Positions 53,613 through 64,000 of a DNA stretch of 64,000 bases are shown piece after piece (within the stretch, counting starts at the first letter, position 1; each line of letters opens with the position of its first letter). The translations under genes and the position numbers were made by a program. The notes under the pieces were generated by a model. It searched no databases, was not told where the DNA came from, and saw only the letters and a program-made list of their open reading frames with translations. Origin of the DNA: the human T2T-CHM13v2.0 reference genome, Homo sapiens; NCBI RefSeq assembly GCF_009914755.1, contig NC_060945.1; one strand, given 5' to 3'.

Positions 53613-54812
53613 CTTTTGCTTAATCTACTTTTTAATTTGCTTTTACTTTGAAAACAAGTAAAGTTTTTGTAAGCCTCCAAGTTGAGATTAACGATGTGAG
53701 AAGGAGAATCCATAAACTTTCCTGTTGAACAAATAGCAGATGGATTTTTTCAGGAGGTGGGGACCACACAGGGCTGGCCTGCTCTGACGTGGCAGCCGCA
53801 GAGGGGTGGCATCAGCAGCAGACAGTCTCATGTCCTCAGCCCTGCCGACGTCCAGATCACTGTGGAGTGTAGCTATTACTCATGCCTTTTTCTTTGATCT
53901 TTGCCTTTTTCCTTATTATTTTTTTTCCTTGCTGAAGATAAAAATAAAATGGAAGTAATGATAAAACCACAGTTCATAACCTAAAGTGCCACAAGGATTA
54001 ATGACAAATTGGTGCCCTGGACATGTTCGTCACACAGCCAATGTCCCCGCTGTGCCAGATCCATTTTGAACGTAAGCTGGACTGTCTCACCCTGACAGAG
54101 TTTTCCAGTCCTCTTCCTCCCAGGTTCTCAGTGTGGCCAGTCCAGACATCTGCCTTGCACCACTGCCTCCTGGTGACCCCTCCTCACGGGACAGCTGGAC
54201 ACAACCTGCCTGACTCGCCCTCAGACCCCACACCCCACATGGACTGTGCAGACCTATGCCCCAGTGACCCTTCAGTCACAGTGTGACCCCACGGAGCTCT
54301 TGCCTGCTTGCTCCAGACCCACCGATTAGAACTCCCGTGGTAAACCTGCTTGGCTAACTCCTTGGTCCCCATAAAGGTGTTGGCCCCTGGGTCTCCCTAT
54401 CTTTCCCCCTGCCCGATGGTTGAGTGTGCATGTCCCCAGTGGCTCCCCACTCCCGTCAGCCCTGCGAGGTGGGCTGCCCTCTCCTCTCGCGGCCCTGGGA
54501 GACATCAGCTGCTTCTGAGCTCATGAGCTCTGCAGCACCGCCTCCTGTGTCTCAGCCCAGCTCGCTCCTGGTCAGGGCTAGAATTTACAGCCACTCTCAA
54601 GAGAGACCTCAGGCCAAATTAGAAAAAAATTAATATTTACAAAACAGCATGTGTGTATGTGTGTGTGGGGTGTGTGTGTGGAGGGCTGTGTGGTGTGTAT
54701 GTGTGTACATGTGTATGTGTGTGGGGTGTGGTGTGTATGTGTCTGTGGTGTGGGGTATGTGTGTGGGGTGGAATGCGTATATGTGTATATGTACATACAT
54801 ATACACGTTTAA

Positions 54813-56890
54813 AGGTCAAGCTGTTCTTTAATCAACCAGAAAGCGTAGGACACACATATTTCTTAGTTTTTTCCAAACTGAGATAGAGAAAGGAAGATGT
54901 TTTTAAGTATGTATAAATTCGTATTCATTTTATGAAGAGAGAAGGAAAGGCCCGCTCTGCCAGTGCCCCATTACAGCCCATACACCCTGCAGGTGGCTGG
55001 GGCATGAGAAACGTTGGGTTGCCTCTGGGTGACAGGGGGCCTAGAGCCCTTGCATCTTGGCTGTGTGTGTAGTGTAGGGTGTGTGGGGTGCGCGTATGTG
55101 TGGTGTGTGTATGTGTGTGTGGCGTGTGTGTGTGTTGTGTGTGTGCTATATGTTTGTGTGGGAAATGGGTGTGTGTGTGTAGGGTGTGTGTGTGGTGTGG
55201 AGTGTGTATGTGTGTGTGGGTATGTATGTGTGATGTGTGTATGGTGTGGGGTGTGTGTGGTGTAGGGTGTGTGTGTGTGGTGTGTGTGTAGGGTGTGTGT
55301 GTGTTGTGTGGTGTGTGTGTAGGGTGTGTATATATGGTGTGGGGTGTGTGTGGTGTGGGGTGTGTGTGTGTGGTGTGTGTGTAGGGTGTGTGTGTGTTGT
55401 GTGGTGTGTGTGTAGGGTGTGTATATATGGTGTGGGGTGTGTGTGGGGTGTGTGTGTGTATGTGTGGTGTGTGTGTGGTGTGTGGGTGTGTGTGGTGTGT
55501 GGTGCGTTCATGTGTATGTGTGGTGCATGTGTGTGAGGTGTGGTGTGTGTGGGTGTGTGATGTGGGGTGTGTCTGTGGTGTGTGTGTGTGGTGTGTGTGG
55601 TGTGTGTGTGGTGTGTGTGTAGGGTGTGTGTGTTGTGTGGGTTGTGTTGTGTGGGGTGTGTGTGCGGTATATGTGTGTGTATGTGTGGCATGTGTGTGGT
55701 TTTATTTGTGTGTGTGGTGTGTGTGTGTGGTGTGGGGTGTGTGTGTGGTGTGGAGTGTGTGGTTGTGGTGTGTGTGTAGGGTGTGTGTGTTGTGTGGGGT
55801 GTGTGTGTGTGGCATCTGTGTGGTTTTTTTGTGTGTGTGATGTGTGGTGTGTGTGTGGTGTGGGGGGTGTGTGTGGTGTATTTAGGGTGTGTGTGTTGTG
55901 TGGGGTGTGTTATGCGGGGGGTGTGGGGGTATATGTGTGTGTATGTGTGGCGTGTGTGTGGTTTTGTGTGTGCGATTATGGTGTGTGCATGTGTGTTTGT
56001 GGTGTGTGTGTGGTGTGATGTGGCATATGTTGTGTGTTGTGTGGTGTGTGTGTGGGGGGTGTGTCACACGTATATTGGAATCTGAACCAGGTGCTGTTTG
56101 TCATCACTCTGCCTCTGTACTTTGCTGAAGCAGCCCACATGGACGATGGGGCCCTTCCCAGTGCTGCAGAGTCTTGAGCTAAGAGTTTACGTATTCCAAG
56201 ACAACGCACATGGGACATGGGACTTCCTCCCCCGTGCTCCTCCTGTCCTCCGCCTCCTTGATGAGCTGGACGTGCGGGGAGACCCCAGACCTGGCGCATG
56301 GCTGGTTTTGCTCTGTGCCTGCACAGACCGGAGATGCCCTTGGTGACGCCGTCTGCTCCTCCCGTGCTTTCAGACACAGTGAGCGCCCTGTACCCAAGTG
56401 TGTGTCACGCAGGGGTGCTGGGGTCCCTTTCGTCTCTATTCCCCATTAAACATCTTTCACCATTTTAACATGCAGGCATTTAGAAACTCTTTTTTCATAT
56501 AATAATTGTCTGAGCTCAGAAAAGCCAGCAGCGTTACTCACTGTCACCGAAGTCCAGATGGTATTTTTATTCTGTGCTCAAATTGGCTTCCTCATTTCTT
56601 TCCAGGCCCTGTAAGCAGCTTAAAATTTCCATTTTCCAGGTCAAGCTGTTCTTTAATCAACCAGAAAGCGTAGGACACACATATTTCTTAGTTTTTTCCA
56701 AACTGAGATAGAGAAAGGAAGATGTTTTTAAATACGTATAAATTCATATTTGTTTTATGAGGAGGGAAGGAAAGGCCCGCTCTGCCAGTGCCCCATTACA
56801 GCCCATACACCCTGCAGGTGGCTGGGGCATGAGAAGCGTTGGGTTGCCTCTGGGTGACAGGGGGCCTAGAGCCCTTGCATCTTGGCTGTG
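54813..56890 (+). repeat. 253-bp direct duplication (54813-55065 and 56638-56890)
   Basis: Manual alignment gives 8 mismatches in 253 bp and no indels. Confidence 0.95.
55062..56064. repeat. ~1 kb (GT/GGT)-rich low-complexity array; smaller related tract at 54648-54800
   Basis: Continuous imperfect TG repeats with recurring GTAGGGTGTG and GTGGGGTGTG units. Confidence 0.97.
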
Positions 56891-58098
56891 ACCGTGGCCT
56901 TCGATCGAGCACAGTGGGTGAGGGCCTTCTGAATAAGAAGGGCACCGCCACACCCTGTGGGGCCGATGAGCAAGTCAGTTCCTCTAACACAAACTCTGCA
57001 TTCCTTGTGGCTCCCCAAAAAGGTCAGAGGACTTAGGAGATGGAGAGGAACCAGGAGGTCTTCTAGTTCAACTTGCTCACTTTTCAGATGCAGAGTTCAG
57101 TTCACCGAGGCTGGGGCAGCATCAGGATCAGAACCCAGACCCTTTGACCCCAGGGCTCTTTGCCCGCAGCATAGGGAGGCTGGAGAGGGCCCTCTGCCTG
57201 TCCCCAGTCTTGGGAAAGTCCTTCTCTGTGCGGCGGTGAAATACTCAAAGAGAGGTGAAGGCGGGGCCTCTCTGGGAAGGTGACCTGGGGTAAGGAGCCT
57301 GGGTTGCAAGTCTCTGGGAGTCAGCGGGACCCTGCTGTGCCCTTGGCTTTTCCTCTATGGCCCTTCTCTAGCTCAGGAACTCTACTATGCTGTTCCTGGT
57401 GCCACCTGTCCCAGAGGTTGTGAGCCAGTACCGTGTTCTCTGCCCTCAAATATGACTTCCATCTGTTTCCTCCTCAGTATTTACAATGCAGACAGAGATT
57501 GCCTGATTCTGTGTTGCCGCCCTTCCACTCTAGGCTGCCTGGGTCAGCTGCGTGTCTGTTTCTGTAGATTTGGAGGGGCCTCATCCTGGGCTGGCTTTGC
57601 ATAACGAGAACAAACAAGAGCTGTCCAAACTGCTGTGGAACCAACTTTCCTTTCCTTGAGAGGAAGCTGGAATTCAAGGTGCTGAGTGAACCTACTTCCA
57701 GACAGGTGGTCCTAAATGGGAAGTGTTGCATGGATCTCAGAAAATGACAGTCCCTAAAATAAGTCCATTTGTTTTTCCAAAATCACCAAAAACCTGGGAG
57801 TGGAACGCAGTCACCTTTGAGACACAGCTTGACAGTGACTGTGGCCTTTGATTGAGCACAGTGAGGGACAGACTTTTGATTAAGAAGGGCACCACCACAC
57901 CCTACAAGGCTGATGGGCAAGTCAGTTCCTCTAAGGCAAACTCTCCTTTCCTTGTGGCTCGAAAAAAGCCGGAGGACTTTGGAGATGGAGAAGAACCAGG
58001 AGGTCTTCTAGGTCAATTTGCTCACTTTTCAGATGCAGAGCTTAGCTCACCGAGGCTGGGGCAGCATCAGGATCAGAACTCAGACCCTTTGACCCCAG
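56888..58098 (+). repeat. ~265-bp direct duplication (56888-57153 and 57835-58098)
   Basis: Both copies run from GTGAC(C/T)GTGGCCTT to CAGACCCTTTGACCCCAG; roughly 85% identical by eye. Confidence 0.92.
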
Positions 58099-58292
58099 AC
58101 AGGTAGTCCTGAGATTATTATAAGCTCCGTTTATTACAACTTCTGGGAGCCAATCATTTGAAGCAGAAGGTAATGTTTCCTGCTCTGGTGAAATGAAGAC
58201 TAGTTGAAGAAACAGTTTGCAGAAATATTGAAGTGTAGCTCCATTCAGCTCTGTCTTAAATAGTGTTTGTGGCAGCAGTCAGGCCTTGAGGG

Positions 58293-58675
58293 GTGTTAAG
58301 GGCTGAATTGCATCCACCCCAAACTCATATGTTAAAGTCCGAACCCCCAATACCTCCTGATGTGACTCTATTTGGAGGTAGAGTCTTTAAGTGAGTGAAT
58401 AAATCAGATTCACTAGTGTGGGCCCTAATTCAATCTGACTGTGCCCTTATCGAAAGAGGAGATGAGGACACAGACACTCACAGAGGGACGGCCACGTAAG
58501 GACATGGAGAAGTCACCATCTGCAAGCCAAGGAGAGAGGCCTCCTGGGGAACCAACCCTGCCGATGCCTTGATCTTGGACTTCCAGCCCCCAGAACTGTT
58601 ATGAAATAAATGTCTGTCATTTAAAGCCACCCAGTCTGTGGTATCTTGTTATGGAAGCCCTAGTAAATTGATGCA
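58293..58675 (+). mobile_element. MLT1A/B-like MaLR solo LTR
   Basis: TGTTAAGGGCTGAATTGCATCC...CTTGGACTTCCAGCCCCCAGAACTG...GTTATGGAAGCCCTAGTAAATTGATGCA. Confidence 0.82.
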
Positions 58676-59001
58676 AGGGACAAGGCAGTCAGAAGTGGCA
58701 TTCGACTTCCAATTAGAAGTCTTACAAATGCTGTAGGCTCCAAGCCCAGGGTCAAGGTGGGAGGCTGTGTGCACTCGGGAAGTGCTAAATAAACGCCTGG
58801 TCACTACTGATTGGTCCACACATGGGGCCGTGGGTGCAGAAACTGCTGTTGTTTTTAGCAACACCCTCATAGACCTAGGAAACAATGCCATCATCACCAA
58901 CTACAACTCTGCCTCTCTTCACATGTTAACTTTGTAAATAGAGGAAGATAACTTTGATAATGATGGCCTATAAGGACTTTCTTTTGAACAGGATAAATCT
59001 C

Positions 59002-59503
59002 TGTGGCAGAGATCACTGGTTGCCACCCCCACATCCACCCTCCACCTTCCCTTCCTTCTTAGCAACAGAACTCTGCTTTATCTGGAGTGTTTAATGTGCC
59101 CAGCTAAAAGACCACTTTTCCCAGCCTCTTGTTCCTTTTGGCCCTCATATGATGTTCTGCCAAAAATATGTCCACGGAAATGTGCTGTGGGGATTCTGGG
59201 AAGTCTTCGTCAAGGGGAGGGGATATTTCTCTTGGATCCCTCTGCTTCTTTCCCTCTGTTGCCTGGAATATGTATGTCATAGCTGGTGCTCCAGCAGCCA
59301 TATTGTTCCTTGAGTTGCCTCTGAGAAGGGAAGCCACATGTGGTAGAACACAAAACCAGGAGCAGCCTGGGAGTCTGGTGGCTTCCATATTTTCCCTGAA
59401 ACACCTGCTTTCACACTCGTTTTATGTATGAGAATGAAACCTTTCTGTGTTTAAGCCACCACAGTAAGAGCTTTGCTACATCCAGCTGAGCATAATCCTA
59501 ACA
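59002..59503 (+). mobile_element. Old MLT1 (J/H-like) LTR
   Basis: TGTGGCAGAG...TTCCCAGCCTCTTG...AGCTGGTGCTCCAGCAGCCATATTG...GTTTAAGCCAC...ATCCTAAC. Confidence 0.65.
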
Positions 59504-60794
59504 TTTTCTGTGGTTCAAGATGAATGAAGGCATCTTAGTCCAAAGAGGTTAAAAAAAGTACCTGAGTGTACATTTGGTGACTAGAAACGCCTCCCTCTTT
59601 TCTGGCCCTGAAGGGATGTGAGAACCTCTGGGTTACATGAATCTGGTGCACTCAGATACATGGTGTGTCCTTCTTGTTCCCAGATTGACGACTCTGCTTT
59701 CTCTTGGTCCGTGATGGAAGAGGAAGCCCGAACGCACGCCTCTATCAGCAACTCTGCAGCACCGCACTTGCCACTCGGAGAAAATGCTTTGAAAGCCCAG
59801 ACAGCCACATACCATTAGAAACAGGTAAGAGGGCTGCAGCTGGCAAAGACAATGCGTAGCTTTTTCCTTTCTTTTCACTTGTGTTTTCTTTTCTTGGCTT
59901 TAGCTTGATCTTAATCCATGTTAGCATTTCCATGTGTTTTCTCTGTAAAAGGAGCGACTTTGGAGCTTTGCAGATTGGAAAAATAAGTAGGGTGAAGGAA
60001 GGGTGAGACCTGGGTGAGCCCAGACCCGGGGGTCCAGGATCCAGGCCCTCAGCATGGACTGCCCATCCCCCAGGCAGGTACAAGCCCGGGGTTGGGGATT
60101 GGGTTCATGGAAGAGACCCTGAAGACACCCTGGAGAAGCAGCTGTGTGGTGCCTGGCAGCCACAGTGCAGAGACAAACTGCAGGAAACAATGGGGAACCT
60201 GGCCCAGTTACAAATGGGATCCGTGGGCACAAACAAGGGCAGAGCCCAGCAAGGAGGCAGCGAGCACTCTGGAAATAGCATTGTTGGCTGATTGAAGGTG
60301 TTTGTGGTTGAACCAGGTGGCCTATTTCAAAATAGCAACCTGACCAGGCGCAACTGGGCTCTCCTTCTTTCCTTACAGATGTTGTGAGGACCTAGAGGCG
60401 GGGCCAATCCAGTCACTTCCAGAGGCTGCTCTGGTCCATGCCCCAAGGGCAGGAGTTTAAGAGGTGGTCCCAGGAGGCAGTCCTTGGTCTCAGTCTGGCC
60501 TTTTGGGGTCCCTGCACTGGCTGAGGCTCAACACTGCAGGGGAAGGCTGACTCCATCTCCAGCCATCCTGGAATTTCCCTTCATATGCAGCCCATGACAA
60601 GCTGGACCCCACAACTCTCTGGAGTTCTGGCCCATGTTGGAGGTGCCACGCTGTCCTCAGAGGGGCTCAGACAGAGGAGCCTGCCTTTGAGGGAAGCAGG
60701 TACAAGCCCACCTCATTGCAGCCTCTTCTCTGCTGCTGTGTTTTTACCTACACTGCTCCAGACTTGGCCTTTGAAAGCTCATGTTGAAACATAG

Positions 60795-61217
<423 letters not shown>

Positions 61218-61890
61218 TGAAGACCCAGAAACCCCTCTGCCCTGCAGAAGGCCCCCTCTGGCCCAAGGTCTGTCTCATCTTGGCTTTAGATCAGGGTTCC
61301 CCTGGGAGCTTTCCAAAAGCCCAGTGCCAGGCCGCACCCCAGGCCACTCTGGTCCGTTCTCCTGGGGAGGGTGTGGGTGCTCCCCACCATCCCAGTGTTT
61401 GCCGGGGCTGAGGGTTGTTGCCAGATGTGGACACAGGGCACAGCCAGGGGCAGGTGGGTGCTGGAGCAAGGCCCTGCTGTCAGCTCAGGAAGCCTGACCT
61501 TTTGAGGGGCCCAGCCTTGCCAAGGGCAAGTGAGCTTCAGCCTCTGAAACTCAGGTTGCTGTGGCTCAGGCTGCAGTTAGAGACCTGGGCAAGCATGGGT
61601 CTTCACTGATTAGCAGCCTTGGGCACATCCTTGCTCTGAGCTATAGGGCCCTCCTGTGTACCCAGGGATGACAGCAGCCCCTTGCAGGCTCACTGTAAAG
61701 GTGGAGGCAAGAGCACTGGGGACCTTGCACAGTACTGGACCCACACCGCCCTGAGTCTCTTCCACTTGAACAATATGCACACTCAGATCTGGACGCTCCC
61801 TAGGCTGGCCTCCTCCTTTATCTGCTGATCTTCTGACAGACTTCCCTAGCTCCTAAAGTATGTTTTCTCCTTCTTCTTCAAGAGATTTTT

Positions 61891-62644
<754 letters not shown>

Positions 62645-63465
62645 TCTTCTCTGCTTTTTTCCCCTTCCACTGACATTTCACATTTCCTCAACCTGGCCTT
62701 TCTGCTTTCTTTAGGTCCTTCCCCCACTCTATGCTCTGTCCAGGTGAAGTTGTGGGTTAATTATAATAATAACCCTCTGTTTTGTCGCTATTTCCTCCCA
62801 GGGTGTTCTCTAATCAGCAGAACTTTTCTTCCTCTGGTTCTAAACCTTGGGCTAATCTGACCATGGTTTTCTGAGTGGTTTGGTCTGTGGACACTGAAAT
62901 CCCCTCTTGCTTGGCTGGGTCAGTTCACTGAGTACCCTGCCCATGGTTCCCTCTTGTCCTCCTAACCCCAGGGGGCCTTTGACAGCCCAGGCAGACAAGT
63001 CAATGCAGCGTGTGCTGGTGTGTGCATGTATGTGTGATGCGTATGCACGTGCATGCATCATAGTCTGTAATTTACACACAGTGAGTTGCTTCTCCCCTTC
63101 CGCTGGTCGTTGTTTCCTTCATTCCCTTGGGCCTGATGTTGCACAGTTGCTTGGTGGAATTCCCGCTCATTTCCCAGTGAGAGAGCAGAAGAAGTAATCA
63201 ATTGATCTCCGTGGGATTTGGTCTAAGTGAAGAAAGCACAAGTGAGAATTTTACATCACCCTTTGGGGAAAGGTTTTGGTCCAAGAATTTTATAATGACC
63301 GTGTTTGGGTGTGGATATTGTGCCCAGCAATGGGAAAACATGATGTTTTGATGAGGGGTTACGAAAACTGATTGTTGGATGTGTAGACACTAGCATTCAT
63401 GAATTGCCAGATTCCATGGTACGGTGACAGAAGGACCTTACCATCTTGGTTTAAGTGAAACACAG

Positions 63466-63677
63466 TGTATTAGTTCATTTTCACATTGCTGATAAAGACA
63501 TACCTGAGGCTGAGCAATTTACAAAAGAAAGGGGTTTCACTAGACTGACAGTTCCACGTGGCTGAGGAGGCTTCATAATCATGGCAGAAGGCAAGGAGGA
63601 GCAAGTCATATCTTACGTGGTTGGTGGCAGCAAAGCGAGAGCTTGTGCAGAGAAACTCCCATTTTTAAAACCGTCAG
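63466..63677 (-). mobile_element. THE1-type LTR fragment, interrupted by Alu
   Basis: TGTATTAGTTCATTTTCACATTGCTGATAAAGACATACC... is the reverse complement of a THE1 LTR 3' end. Confidence 0.85.

Positions 63678-64000
<323 letters not shown>

Noticed and set aside
54578-56128. Cys/Val-rich and His/Thr-rich ORFs resembling metallothionein or His-rich proteins
   Set aside because: Direct translations of (GT)n/(CA)n low-complexity DNA.

Overview
Human (primate) genomic DNA rich in Alu, L1, L2, MIR and MaLR repeats. It matches the ZBTB21 (ZNF295) locus on chr21q22.3; this is recognised from the protein, not from a database search. There is one convincing protein-coding gene, ZBTB21 on the minus strand. 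It has a CpG-island promoter (~38.5-38.7 kb), two non-coding 5' exons (to 38490; 31126-31190), one large terminal exon carrying the whole 1066-aa BTB/9-zinc-finger CDS (19127-22327), and a ~4 kb 3'UTR. A plus-strand exon near 52.5-53.2 kb probably belongs to the lncRNA ZNF295-AS1. Signals most worth following up: (1) an inverted pair of CRE motifs at the ZBTB21 start that can fold into a hairpin, suggesting possible autoregulation; (2) a 603-nt in-frame exitron that removes zinc fingers 1-4; (3) several uORFs in the spliced 5'UTR; (4) a full-length THE1 element inserted inside an Alu; (5) three local ~250-265 bp duplications, two of which abut at one junction; (6) a minisatellite-derived ORF in the antisense-gene exon. 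I found no evidence for a wholly new multi-gene system. Repeat family names are by-eye calls and boundaries are approximate unless target-site duplications (TSDs) are given.
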